Shown piece after piece: positions 7,803-17,351 of a stretch of 64,000 bases of DNA. The notes beneath the pieces were generated by a model. That model had not been told where the DNA came from. It was given only the letters and a program-made list of their open reading frames with translations, and made no database searches. The DNA lies in the IMG/VR virus record IMGVR_UViG_3300036851_000550, positions 7,076 to 71,075 of that record. The stretch is one strand, 5' to 3'. The DNA comes from a virus. Each line of letters opens with the position of its first letter. Within the stretch, counting starts at the first letter, position 1. Both the position numbers and the translations under genes were made by a program.

Positions 7803-10133
7803 TCAGTCGTCATCTCGGAGCCCCAACCTGACGGCCTCGGCGGGGTCCAGCTCGAAGTGCGCGCCGTTGCGCACGAGGACGCCTGCGCTCTCCAGCTCGG
7901 ACCACGAGCGCAGGAACGTGCGGGCCGACATCGCCCTCCCGTTGGGCCCGCGGTCGGTCTTGAGCACGACGGTCTTGATCTCGCCCTTCGTGGCCCCGCT
8001 GCTGCCCTCCACGAAGGTGCGGTAGAGCGCAGCGGCCACCCGGTCGCGGGCGGACGACATCTCGGAGACGGTCACGATCTCGTCGAACGGGTGCCCGTCG
8101 GGCTCCAGCCCGTCCGCCCCCGGCTCGACGAGTACGAGCGAGCTTCGCTGCTTGCCGTCGATGTCGACGTAGACCTTGATCCCCTGCAGCCGGATCGGGT
8201 CGAAGTCCTCCTCGTCCTTCTGCTTCGTCGACAGGATGGCGATCTTCGCCTTGTCCTCGCGGGTCACCTCGATCTCGGCGTCCATCGCCGCGATGACCGA
8301 TGAGTGCCCGCGCCCGTGGTCGCCGGAGTGGCCCTTGTGATGGACCAGCACGATGCAGGCGTCGGTGTACTTGCGGAGCAGCTCCAGCCGTGCCACTAGG
8401 ACGCCCATGTCCTCCGGGCCGTTCTCGTTCGCGCCGGCCGTCACGCGAGCCTGCGTGTCGATCACGATCAGTGCGGGCTGCAGCGCATGCATGGCGGCGA
8501 CCCAGGTCTTCCACTCCTTGCCGGCGACCTGCACCGGGCGCGGCAGGAACTTGACCTTGTCGCCGAGCTCGACCTCGTGGTGTTTCTCCCAGGCCCGCAC
8601 GCGCTTCCGGATCCCGGACGCGCCCTCTGCGACCATGTAGACCACGTCGCCCTGGCTGACCTTGTGCCCGTGCCAGTCCTCGCCCAGCGCCACATGCCCG
8701 GCAATGTCGATCATGAAGAAGGACTTCCCGTGCCCCGACTTCCCGATGACCCGCGCCAGCGAGTTCCGATCGAGAAGCCCATCCACGAGCGGGTCGGGAG
8801 GCGGGATGCCGTCCAGGCCGCTCGCTGGGATCAGCTCCGCCAGGAGCGCCTCTACCGGGTCGGCCGGAGCGGGGTCGACACCCTCCTCGTCGCCGGCATC
8901 GTCTTCCTCGTCCTCTTCCTCGTCGCCGTCGGCGTCTTCCTCTACGTCCGGTACTGGTAGCGCGCGCGAGGCGATCAGCTCGTCGATCTCGCTCTCGTCG
9001 AACGCGGTGCCGCCGCTCTCGACCCGGCGCTCGATGTCCAGGTCCTCCATCGCGGGGCCCATCTCCCCGCCGTGGTCGTGCCACGCAATGAACTGGATCT
9101 TCGAGAAGGTCTTCGTGCCCGCCAGGCCGAGGTCGCCCGGCGGGTTGTCGGTCCAGACGTGGATGAAGCCGTCGGAGGTGTCGAACTCCCCGCAGCCGGG
9201 GTCGTGGGCGGTCGCGCTCTTCGGAGAGCCGTGGTCGCCGGGCGCTGTCCACTCCGGACACCCGCACCGGCTGGCCTTCCCGGAATCCATCCAGCCGCGG
9301 GGTTCGAGGATCGCCGCCCACGGGATCGCGCCCTGCGCCAGCCGGATCATGTCGTCGGCGTCGAGCGCGGCGTCCTGCCGGCGGGCCTGGGTCTCCCGGC
9401 GGCCCGCGGTGTACTCCTGGACGTACTCGATCAGCCAGGGCGGCGCGATCTGCGCGTCCCCGGCCATGACGTACGGGCCCTCCTCGCGCACCGAGGGCGG
9501 CACGAGCACGTAGCCCGCCACCTTCAGCTGCGCGGGGTGCTCGCGGTCGGTGCCGGTCGGGATGGACGTGGTGCCAGCGAGGTCGCCGAAGTCGACGCCA
9601 TCGGGGAGCAGGAACCAGAAGTGGCCGCCCTCGCTGTGCTTCCAGTGCCCGTCCTCGTCCCGCTCGCCCGGGGAGCGCACGGTGGGCGCCGCGTGCAGCA
9701 GCTGCTCGTTGCCCTCCTTGCGGGCCCACAGCGTCAGCCAGCTGGCCATCTCCTGCGACGTGTCCGCGTCGGCCACCAGGACGTTCGAGTCACCGACCGA
9801 GACGGCCAGGTTGATCCCCGGGTCGTCGGCGGCGAGCCGCTTGAACCAGCGGTGAGCCACCTTCGGGTCGGTGGTGGCGTGCACGATGCCGCAGGCGTGC
9901 CGCACGCGCTCCCAGCCGCTGCGGCCGGCGTCCCGCGCGGCGTAGGCCGCCTCCTTGTCCGCGCGCTTCGCCTGCGTCGCCGTCAGCGGGCACACCGGCA
10001 CCTTGGACAGCGGAGCGATGGGGAGCACGGCGTAGCCGGCACGCGCCGCGGCTCGGGCCAGGGTCGCCATGTCGCTGTCGCCTGGAAGCCCCCCGAAGAT
10101 CTCGGAGAACGGCCGCCTGATCACGGCCGTCAT
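7803..10133 (-). CDS. Bifunctional primase/polymerase + RepA-like (AAA) helicase
   Basis: N-term prim-pol motifs (VADAD, GGHFWF, GYVLVPPS); acidic linker; Walker A GKSGHGKS, Walker B IVIDT, LVHHKGH..GRGHSS. Confidence 0.88.
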   Translation of the reverse strand: MTAVIRRPFSEIFGGLPGDSDMATLARAAARAGYAVLPIAPLSKVPVCPLTATQAKRADKEAAYAARDAGRSGWERVRHACGIVHATTDPKVAHRWFKRLAADDPGINLAVSVGDSNVLVADADTSQEMASWLTLWARKEGNEQLLHAAPTVRSPGERDEDGHWKHSEGGHFWFLLPDGVDFGDLAGTTSIPTGTDREHPAQLKVAGYVLVPPSVREEGPYVMAGDAQIAPPWLIEYVQEYTAGRRETQARRQDAALDADDMIRLAQGAIPWAAILEPRGWMDSGKASRCGCPEWTAPGDHGSPKSATAHDPGCGEFDTSDGFIHVWTDNPPGDLGLAGTKTFSKIQFIAWHDHGGEMGPAMEDLDIERRVESGGTAFDESEIDELIASRALPVPDVEEDADGDEEEDEEDDAGDEEGVDPAPADPVEALLAELIPASGLDGIPPPDPLVDGLLDRNSLARVIGKSGHGKSFFMIDIAGHVALGEDWHGHKVSQGDVVYMVAEGASGIRKRVRAWEKHHEVELGDKVKFLPRPVQVAGKEWKTWVAAMHALQPALIVIDTQARVTAGANENGPEDMGVLVARLELLRKYTDACIVLVHHKGHSGDHGRGHSSVIAAMDAEIEVTREDKAKIAILSTKQKDEEDFDPIRLQGIKVYVDIDGKQRSSLVLVEPGADGLEPDGHPFDEIVTVSEMSSARDRVAAALYRTFVEGSSGATKGEIKTVVLKTDRGPNGRAMSARTFLRSWSELESAGVLVRNGAHFELDPAEAVRLGLRDDD

Positions 10134-10417
10134 GCCGGCTCACCCTCGATCTTCTTCGCTGTGTGGTGGCAGTTCGAGGTGTCCGCGGAGACCAGGCACA
10201 TCGACTCGATCAGGTAGACCCACGGGAACAGGGTGCGGCGACCGGACGACAGTTCTTCATCGCAGCGGTACCAGCCCAGGTCGGTCTCGTCCCAGTGGAA
10301 CTTGACCTTCGACAGGCTGATCACGTTCGGCCGGTCCTTGGGCTCCGGATCGGAGCACTGCCAGATCCGGACGCCCGGAGGCACCCGGCTGGGCGGTGTG
10401 CGGTGAGGCGGGAACAT
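10130..10417 (-). CDS. Hypothetical protein
   Basis: Coupled overlaps, GC3-rich. Confidence 0.5.
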   Translation of the reverse strand: MFPPHRTPPSRVPPGVRIWQCSDPEPKDRPNVISLSKVKFHWDETDLGWYRCDEELSSGRRTLFPWVYLIESMCLVSADTSNCHHTAKKIEGEPA

Positions 10418-10659
10418 CAGCCGTCGCCTCCTGTCCAGAGGATGTGGGCGTGCGCGCGCAACCAGCGCCGGAGCTGCATCCGCTCGATCTGCTCGGCGGC
10501 CTTCACCGCGGCCACGTTCTCCGCCAGCTCGGTCTCCGCCGCGATCTCGTCGACCGGCAGCGCAGCCTGCCGGCGGTAAGCCGCTCGCTGGCGCTTCCGC
10601 CGGAGCACCTCGCGCTGGCGCTCCTCCGGCGTGTAGCTCTCCCATCCGCGGCTGCTCAT
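10417..10659 (-). CDS. Hypothetical protein
   Basis: MSSRGWESY...; ATGA overlap. Confidence 0.55.
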   Translation of the reverse strand: MSSRGWESYTPEERQREVLRRKRQRAAYRRQAALPVDEIAAETELAENVAAVKAAEQIERMQLRRWLRAHAHILWTGGDG

Positions 10660-10979
10660 GGCTTCGGCCCGATGATGTGCCGGGCGGTCTTGCGCGCGAC
10701 CGGCCCCTGCTTCTCGTCGGTGAGCACGGCGCTGGCCCGGTACTCGACCATCATCAGCTCCTCGTACCGGCGCCTGGTGATCGCGACGAGATTCTTGGAC
10801 TCCTCGCGCACGTCGGGCGGGCGCTGGTGCACGCGCGTGCTCCACGCCTTCGAGATGTCCTCGGCCAGCGTCAGGTCGGCATCGGAGTACGTGCCGGCGT
10901 GCAGCCGCTCGAGCAGCTCCGCCGCGGTCCGGCGGAACGCGTGGACCATCGCGGTGACCCGCGGGTTAGTCATCGTCAT
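10656..10979 (-). CDS. Hypothetical protein
   Basis: ORF track; GC3-rich. Confidence 0.55.
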   Translation of the reverse strand: MTMTNPRVTAMVHAFRRTAAELLERLHAGTYSDADLTLAEDISKAWSTRVHQRPPDVREESKNLVAITRRRYEELMMVEYRASAVLTDEKQGPVARKTARHIIGPKP

Positions 10980-11148
10980 CCCCCAGACACAGCCGATCCC
11001 GGCCGGGCTCGCACTGCGGGTTCGATGGGCAGATGCCCGTCAGCGAGAACGGGCAGAACGGCATGGCGCCGTCCAGGTCGAGCAGCGCGCAGGCGCAGCC
11101 GGACCCGGTCCAGTAGTGGCACTCCTCCTGTCGGCAGACGACGCTCAT
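10966..11148 (-). CDS. Small Cys-rich hypothetical protein
   Basis: Eight Cys in 60 aa. Confidence 0.45.
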   Translation of the reverse strand: MSVVCRQEECHYWTGSGCACALLDLDGAMPFCPFSLTGICPSNPQCEPGRDRLCLGDDDD

Positions 11149-11163
11149 GGCGTCACCTGCGAC

Positions 11164-11180
11164 CAAGATCGTTTTGGTCT
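11164..11180. promoter_or_regulatory. 17-bp motif CAAGATCGTTTTGGTCT, copy 1
   Basis: Identical to 63952-63968; here part of the GACCAA-gatcgtt-TTGGTC palindrome. Confidence 0.55.
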
Positions 11181-11233
11181 CAGAAATGACCGCGCGGAAT
11201 TTTGCCTGGTAGGGGTCTTGATCCGCTGAGTTC

Positions 11234-13075
11234 TCACGCCGTGACCCCCCGTGGCCAGGACGGGTGGTTGTCCGCGTCGTCCCAGTTGCCGCCCAGGAAC
11301 GCGGCGTCGGTCCGGAGCTTCACGTCCCGGCCGGCGAGCTCACACAGCCGTGGGGGCGGGGTCTCCATGATCTTGCGGATGTCGTGCGCCGCTTCTTCCT
11401 CGACCACCAGCTCGTCGTGCACGGCCAGCTGGATCGCCTCGTCGACCCCGGCGTCCTCGCAGGCCACGATCGTCTCGGCCAGCACGTCGTAGGCGCTGCC
11501 CTGGATCGTGTAGTTGGTCCCCTGGTAGCCCTTGTCCTGGGCGACGTCGACGATCCGGCCCGACACCGTCCAGGTCTTGCCGGTCTCCTCCGACCAGGCC
11601 GCGGACCAGCCGCAGAACTTGCGGGTCATCGGCAGCGGCGCGAGCGTCTTGGCCTGGATGACCTTGGCCTCTTCCATGCTGGTACCGAGCGAGGCGGACA
11701 GCGCGCGCAGCTGCTGGCCGTAGGTCGCGGCGAGCATCACGATCTTGGCGACCTTGTAGGGGACCCCAGCTGCGTCCTCGACGACCTTGTAGAACTTCTC
11801 GCCGGAGGTCTCGAACCGCTCGATCTGCTCGTGGTCGCCCGCGAGGTTCGCGGCCACCACCGGCTCGATGGAGGCCCAGTCGATCGACACCAGCCGGTCG
11901 CCCGCGATGACCGTGCGCGCGTCGCCGGTGAACTGGTGCAGCTCGGGGTTGCCGTAGCTCATCCGGCCGGTCCGCGCGGCCATGACGTTGACCTCGGGGT
12001 GGATCCGCCCATCGGTGTACTCGGCGACCAGGCGGGCGTGCTCCATGTAGAGGAACAGCCGCCGCTTCTGGTCGTGCGACCGGAACGCCCGCACCGCGGG
12101 GTGGTCGACCGCGTCCAAGATCCCCTTGGCCGTCGAGTACTTCCCGGTCTTGGTCATCGGGTAGTCCGGCGGGAACGCGTCGGCCGCAGCGAGCACGGCG
12201 GAGAGCTGGTTGCGGTTGGATGGGTCGGCCACCCCGAACGCGGCGAGCTGATCGCCCAGCTCGAGCATCCGGGCGCGCAGGTCCTCCTGCTGCTGCGTGA
12301 GCCGCTCCTGGTCCAGCGCGAGCCCGCGCGCCGAGCGCCGGAGCATGATCCGGTTGACCCGCTGCTCCCGCTCGATCAGGTAGCGCGCGGTCTCCTCGTC
12401 GGCGCCGAACCGACCGAAGGGGTGGTCGGTCATCTGTGCCAGCGCCGCGGCGTACACGTAGTCCCGGACCAGCCAGGTGATGATGCCGTCCCAGCCGGCG
12501 TACATGACGTAGACCGGGTGGTCGTAGCCCGCCTTCTTGAACGCGGTGGCCTTCGACCAGCCGTTGGCCTTCGACCAGTCGGCGAACCGGTCCTTGCTCC
12601 GGGAGTGGAACCGGCCGGTCAGGTAGCGCTTCTCCAGCGCCTCCAGCCCGTGCTTCACGAAGCCGAACTTGTCCATCGTGGACGTGAGCGCCATCCGCGC
12701 GCAGACCAGCGTGTCGAACACCTTGTCGATGTGCTCGATCCGCATCAGCCCGGCGGTGACCAGCGGCGGCACGTCGAACGCGCTCTTGTGGAAGTTCAGC
12801 TCGGTGGCCGCGTCCAGCGCGTCGGTGAACGCCGCGCAGTGCCGCGGGTTGGTCGCGTCGAGCACGAAGGACTGCGCGCCGTTCGCCACGATCATGACCT
12901 TGACCCGGAAGGCGTCGTCGTTCAGGCCGGCGGTCTCGATGTCCACCGCGACCCGCTTGGACTCGCCGGCCATCCGGGCCACCCCGCGCGCCGCGTCCTC
13001 GCCGACCACGTAGCTGCGTAGCGTCGGGTCCTCCGCCGTCTGCTGGGCGTAGAGGTTGATCTGGCCAGTACTCAT
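11234..13075 (-). CDS. polA: Family A DNA polymerase (3'-5' exo + polymerase)
   Basis: DIET/FHKSAFD/YAGWD exonuclease motifs; ARTGRMS; motif A DWASIE; motif B AKIVMLAATYG; motif C VHDEL. Confidence 0.92.
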   Translation of the reverse strand: MSTGQINLYAQQTAEDPTLRSYVVGEDAARGVARMAGESKRVAVDIETAGLNDDAFRVKVMIVANGAQSFVLDATNPRHCAAFTDALDAATELNFHKSAFDVPPLVTAGLMRIEHIDKVFDTLVCARMALTSTMDKFGFVKHGLEALEKRYLTGRFHSRSKDRFADWSKANGWSKATAFKKAGYDHPVYVMYAGWDGIITWLVRDYVYAAALAQMTDHPFGRFGADEETARYLIEREQRVNRIMLRRSARGLALDQERLTQQQEDLRARMLELGDQLAAFGVADPSNRNQLSAVLAAADAFPPDYPMTKTGKYSTAKGILDAVDHPAVRAFRSHDQKRRLFLYMEHARLVAEYTDGRIHPEVNVMAARTGRMSYGNPELHQFTGDARTVIAGDRLVSIDWASIEPVVAANLAGDHEQIERFETSGEKFYKVVEDAAGVPYKVAKIVMLAATYGQQLRALSASLGTSMEEAKVIQAKTLAPLPMTRKFCGWSAAWSEETGKTWTVSGRIVDVAQDKGYQGTNYTIQGSAYDVLAETIVACEDAGVDEAIQLAVHDELVVEEEAAHDIRKIMETPPPRLCELAGRDVKLRTDAAFLGGNWDDADNHPSWPRGVTA

Positions 13076-13857
13076 CCGTCAGACCTCATCGACTTGATCT
13101 CGCGCTCGATCTCGTCCACCACGTCGTGCAGGTGCGTGGTGGAGCGCCCGCAGAACCCGTTGATGTGGTTGCGAATGACGGTGATGAGCCGGTCCCGCTG
13201 CGCGCGGGCCAGGTTGCGCTCGCGGGTCACCTTCCGGTGGTCCTCGTGCGACGGGTTGTCGAGGATGATCCGACGGCCGATCACGTCGTGCACCTGATGT
13301 GCGGCCAGGTCCAACCGACGCCACAGCTCACGGTTCTCTGCGCGCAGCCTGTCCTCGGTGGCCTTGGCCGCCTCCTTGTCGACCTTGAGCTGGTCGATCT
13401 CCCGGCAGTACTCCTGACGCATCGCGTCGAAGTGCGCGCCGTTCTCGGCGAGCTCCCGCTCCAGCACCCCGATCCGCTGTTGGGCGGCGCGGTACTCACG
13501 GAGGGCGCGGTCGCGCTGCCACCTCAGCGGGCCCCGGCGGCCCGGGTGCTCCGTGGAGAGCAGCTCGGAGGTGGCGTACCGGTTCAGGAAGTCCTCGCCG
13601 GTCGGCATCTCGCCCCGGGCCCCGCGGTGCTCTGGCGGCTCGCCGACCTCGCCCCGCATCACCGCGATCTGAGCCGCGCCGGTGAGCAGGGTGAAGGTGG
13701 CCCCGGGGAACCGCTCGCGCAGCTTCTCCTGCAGCTCGTGCGCCTCCTGCTGGTTCAGCTGCGCGTGCAGCGAAACAAGCACCCGATCCCCCGGGTACAC
13801 GACGATCGCCGGCAGCGGCTCGCCCTTCAGCTCGCCCAGGTTGATCCAGTCGTTCAT
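13072..13857 (-). CDS. Hypothetical coiled-coil protein
   Basis: Heptad-like central region; ATGA overlaps. Confidence 0.6.
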   Translation of the reverse strand: MNDWINLGELKGEPLPAIVVYPGDRVLVSLHAQLNQQEAHELQEKLRERFPGATFTLLTGAAQIAVMRGEVGEPPEHRGARGEMPTGEDFLNRYATSELLSTEHPGRRGPLRWQRDRALREYRAAQQRIGVLERELAENGAHFDAMRQEYCREIDQLKVDKEAAKATEDRLRAENRELWRRLDLAAHQVHDVIGRRIILDNPSHEDHRKVTRERNLARAQRDRLITVIRNHINGFCGRSTTHLHDVVDEIEREIKSMRSDG

Positions 13858-14312
13858 CGGGCCCACGTCCCATCGGGTCGAATGATCGCCGTGGTGGTCC
13901 CGCTGCCCTGGGCGTACTTGATCGTGTACCAGGTGCCGGACCGCGTCCGCGGCCTGGGGAATTCGTTGTTGGGCATCCCAATCAGGAGTCCCACCTCGTC
14001 GACGAGGGCGCGGTCGCGCGGCAGGTAGTCGTCCGGCTCCCGGTCCTCGTCGCTGGGGAAGTGCGCACGCAGCGCGCCGACCATCGGTGGGTGACCGATG
14101 ATCGTGTAGCCGAGCCAGCGGGCGATGTGCGCGGCCTGGTCGTCGCCGCCGACGCAGTCCCCGTGGTGGAAGTACTTCGCGCCCCGGAACTCGATGAGCA
14201 ACCGCAACGCGCTGCGCAGGGTGCGCATCTGCGGCACCGTGATGCCGTCGCGGGTGGCGGTGACCCCAACCCGCTCGTACTGTGGGGCGAGGAAGAGAAC
14301 GTCGGCACTCAT
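13854..14312 (-). CDS. SLOG-superfamily (YspA/DUF2493-like) protein
   Basis: VGVTATR, HHGDCVGGD..A, RDRALVD, RSGTWYTIKYA. Confidence 0.65.
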   Translation of the reverse strand: MSADVLFLAPQYERVGVTATRDGITVPQMRTLRSALRLLIEFRGAKYFHHGDCVGGDDQAAHIARWLGYTIIGHPPMVGALRAHFPSDEDREPDDYLPRDRALVDEVGLLIGMPNNEFPRPRTRSGTWYTIKYAQGSGTTTAIIRPDGTWAR

Positions 14313-14707
14313 GACGACCTCAGCCAGACCCCGTTGCGGCGCACGAGCATCTCGTGCTTCTGGTACTCGCGCTTCCCGTCCACGGTCGGGAACCACCCGT
14401 GGAACTTCACCGCGATGCGCTCGCCAGGCTCCGGCCGCAGCCGCTCCACCGCGTTCTTCAGCACGATGCCGCTGGCCCGCACCACCGAGTACAGGTGGCC
14501 GAACTCGTCGTAGGCCTTCGGCGGTACGAGGATGAACAGGTGGTCGGCGGCGACCCGGAAGCTCGTGACCTTGGTGATCTTGACGAGAGTGCCGTCGACC
14601 ACTTCCCCGGGCTCCGGGCGCCAGCGCACCGGGGGCTCGTATGCCAGAAGTCTCGGCAGGTCGAACGTGCCAGCGGGGATACTGGGGTGCAACAGGGGCA
14701 TCTTCAC
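14309..14707 (-). CDS. OB-fold ssDNA-binding-like protein
   Basis: WRPEPGEVVDGTLV...LRPEPGERIAVKFHG...Y pattern of phage SSB-like proteins. Confidence 0.5.
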   Translation of the reverse strand: MKMPLLHPSIPAGTFDLPRLLAYEPPVRWRPEPGEVVDGTLVKITKVTSFRVAADHLFILVPPKAYDEFGHLYSVVRASGIVLKNAVERLRPEPGERIAVKFHGWFPTVDGKREYQKHEMLVRRNGVWLRSS

Positions 14708-14925
14708 GATGCACCGACCAGCGGTTGCATCATGTGGGTGGTGCTGGTTTGTTGGGCGAGCACCGAGGGTGACTCCTTGGGTGTCTGCACGTGGCGCGGC
14801 TCCCCTATCAGCGCCGATGGGGAGGGACCTGCCGCAGCGTGCGGATGGAAGGCGGACCGGCGGGGTCTTGCGCTGGGGAGCGGTGGGGCCCCGCCGTCCG
14901 CTGAACTACGGGCAGTGGATATCGA

Positions 14926-15141
14926 TCACCAGAACCACGTCCCGAACAGGTAGACGTAGAGCGAGCCGGCCAGCCCGCCCATGGTCCCGAGCAGCACGAT
15001 CGCGCCCAGGACGATCAGCCCGGCGGTGATCCACCGGAGCCTCAGTCGCCGGGCCTCAGCGGCCACGGCCTCCCGCCTGGCCCGGAGCCGGGGGTTCTCC
15101 TCCACCGGCTCCGACCAGACGTCTTCCAGCTCGCAGCTCAT
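14926..15141 (-). CDS. Small membrane protein
   Basis: C-terminal hydrophobic segment. Confidence 0.5.
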   Translation of the reverse strand: MSCELEDVWSEPVEENPRLRARREAVAAEARRLRLRWITAGLIVLGAIVLLGTMGGLAGSLYVYLFGTWFW

Positions 15142-15143
15142 GA

Positions 15144-15779
15144 TCAGAACGGCGGGTCGTCGTCGTCGTCCTCGTCCTCGACGACCCGGCCCTTCCCGCG
15201 GCTGCCGCTGCCGTTCGAGCTGCTCTTCGAGGACCGGCTCGACTTCTTCGCCTTCGACCCACCGTTCTTGGCCTCCAGCGCCTCCTCGACCTCGTCGCGC
15301 AGGGCGTCCGGGTCGTAGGCGGACATGTCGACCTTGCCGAACTTCGTCAGGGCCCGCTTCGCCAGGGCGAGGTCGCTGCGCTTCTCGTCCTCCAGGCCGA
15401 TGTAGGAGTCCCGACGTCCCGGGATCTCGTACCAGCCGACCCGGCCGACCACGTGCTTGCCGGCGGCCTGGTCCTTCAGCTTGTTCTTCAGGCCGCCCTT
15501 GATGATCAGCTGGAACTGGTAGACCTCCCCCGCGTCCTCGCCGGTCAGCACGATCACCCGGGCCACCACCGGGACCTGGTCCCCGTTGCCGAAGTCGATC
15601 GCGGGTCCCTGCGGGTCGACGACCGTGAAGAGCACCGCCGCGCCCTCGTCGGCCAGCTCGTCCCACTTCAAGATCTTCTTGTACTCCTCGCCGTCCTCGA
15701 GCTCAGGGCGCAGCGAGCTGGTGCCCGTGATGTCGAAGTCAGCGTCGTCCTCTACAGCTGTGCTTCCTCGTCGTGCCAT
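15144..15779 (-). CDS. Putative ssDNA-binding protein
   Basis: Beta-rich core, Gly/Ser/Lys linker, acidic C-terminus EDEDDDDDPPF typical of actinobacterial SSBs. Confidence 0.6.
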   Translation of the reverse strand: MARRGSTAVEDDADFDITGTSSLRPELEDGEEYKKILKWDELADEGAAVLFTVVDPQGPAIDFGNGDQVPVVARVIVLTGEDAGEVYQFQLIIKGGLKNKLKDQAAGKHVVGRVGWYEIPGRRDSYIGLEDEKRSDLALAKRALTKFGKVDMSAYDPDALRDEVEEALEAKNGGSKAKKSSRSSKSSSNGSGSRGKGRVVEDEDDDDDPPF

Positions 15780-15836
15780 GGGAGCGGTGTTCCTCTCGGT
15801 GCGGTCCCTCCACGTCCGGCGGTCGCCGGTCGGTGG

Positions 15837-16028
15837 CTATGCGGTCTTGCTGTTCCGGAAGACCTCGGGGACGTCCGCGCCGTAGACGTCCTCCAGGGTC
15901 GCGTCCGGGTCCGGGATGTAGGCGCGCTTCGGGTTGTTGATGAGCGAGACGCCCTTCTGCCCGTAGCGGTTGCGCCCGGTGCGGTTCCCCTTCTTCCTGC
16001 CGCGCTTGTTCGTGTGCTTCGCCTTCAT
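15837..16028 (-). CDS. Small basic hypothetical protein
   Basis: MKAKHTNKRGRKKGNRTGR...; ATGA overlap. Confidence 0.55.
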   Translation of the reverse strand: MKAKHTNKRGRKKGNRTGRNRYGQKGVSLINNPKRAYIPDPDATLEDVYGADVPEVFRNSKTA

Positions 16029-16303
16029 CGCCCTTCCCCCGGTCGGCGAAGTCCGTTGGGCTGCAGCTGGTCGGGCCGGTACCCCAGAGCCATGGTGTGC
16101 GCAGCGCGGCGGTCGTCCAGCGTGGTCTGCAGGTCGGCCGCGTGCACCCTGGCCGGGCTGCCGGGTGCTGCTCCGGCCGCCGCGTACCGCGCGTCGGTCC
16201 AGCGGCTGCCGGCGGTGGAGAGCGCGGTGAACGCGCAGATGCGCATGCCGTACGCCAGCTTCTCGACCCCGTCGGAGCCGACGTACCACTGCGGTCCGCT
16301 CAT
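16025..16303 (-). CDS. Hypothetical protein
   Basis: SD GGAGGG, ATGA overlap. Confidence 0.5.
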   Translation of the reverse strand: MSGPQWYVGSDGVEKLAYGMRICAFTALSTAGSRWTDARYAAAGAAPGSPARVHAADLQTTLDDRRAAHTMALGYRPDQLQPNGLRRPGEGR

Positions 16304-16578
16304 GAGTCGGTCCCCTCCACCCGATCGTTCAGCCACTCCCGCTGGAAGCGCTCCACCCACTCGTGCAGGCCGGTCCCGGCCAGCCCGATCTCCGGGTCGT
16401 TGTACTGCAGGCGACCGGTGGGCGACGTCGAGATCTCGATGATCTTGGCGTCCGGGAAGACCGACGGCGCCAGCTCCAGCGAGTAGAGCCCGACCTGGTC
16501 GATGTAGTGCACGGAGTCGGATCCGGACGCAGGGAGCCTGCCCGGATCCTCCCCCGTACCCCCGACAGTTCCGGTCAT
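16300..16578 (-). CDS. Hypothetical protein
   Basis: ATGA overlaps. Confidence 0.55.
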   Translation of the reverse strand: MTGTVGGTGEDPGRLPASGSDSVHYIDQVGLYSLELAPSVFPDAKIIEISTSPTGRLQYNDPEIGLAGTGLHEWVERFQREWLNDRVEGTDS

Positions 16579-16808
16579 TGCGTCACCACCGGTGGATCCT
16601 CCTCGGTGAGCACGTCCGCCAGCTCGCCGAGGATCTGCACGCCGTGCAGCCGGCAGTACCGCAGCGCCGACGCGGGCGCCGTGCGGTCGTCGTAGAACAC
16701 CCGGCTGTAGATCTTCGTGCGGTTCGGCCGGTGCGTGCTGATGGCCATCCGCGAGGGCTGGCTGCAGCCGTCGCCGCCCTCAGTGAAGGCGCACCCCGTG
16801 TCCTTCAT
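16575..16808 (-). CDS. Small Cys/His hypothetical protein
   Basis: C..C..YCRLH; ATGA overlaps. Confidence 0.55.
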   Translation of the reverse strand: MKDTGCAFTEGGDGCSQPSRMAISTHRPNRTKIYSRVFYDDRTAPASALRYCRLHGVQILGELADVLTEEDPPVVTQ

Positions 16809-17164
16809 TCGTCGTCATCCCCCGGCTCGTAGCCGTCGACGAGGACCCGGATGCCGGGCGCGATCTCGTCGCCCCGCAGGACCGCCTCCACGGCTTCGGG
16901 AGTGAGGCCGGCGACCGTCAGTCGGTGCCGGAGTTCGGCGTCGTCAAGGATGCGCCGGATGAGCACCGCGGTGGGTCCCTTGGTGTTGTCGCACCAGTTG
17001 ATGATCTCGGTCCGGGCCCGGCGGAGGGCGTCCAGCTCGGCGAGCTTGTGGGCCAGCTCGTCCATCCCGCCCGATGGTCCCTCTGCATCTCGGGGGTGGA
17101 GCCAGACGTAGCGGTCGGTGTCCTTGGGGGCAACCGCTCCGGGTCCGGTGGGGGCAGTAGGCAT
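16805..17164 (-). CDS. Hypothetical protein
   Basis: GGAGA SD before ATG; GC3-rich 3' part. Confidence 0.5.
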   Translation of the reverse strand: MPTAPTGPGAVAPKDTDRYVWLHPRDAEGPSGGMDELAHKLAELDALRRARTEIINWCDNTKGPTAVLIRRILDDAELRHRLTVAGLTPEAVEAVLRGDEIAPGIRVLVDGYEPGDDDE

Positions 17165-17351
17165 GGGTCTCCGATCTTCGAGGCGTGCAACTCCTGGTAG
17201 GGCGATTCGTAGCCGCCCACGTGCGCGATGACCCCCAGCGACGCTGTGGCGACGGTGGCCACGAGGGCGAGCACGAGCGCCTGTCCGGCGTCTCTCTTCC
17301 CACGGGTCCATGTCGTCCTCCGGCGCTGCGTCGTTCGGCTGGATCTCTTGA

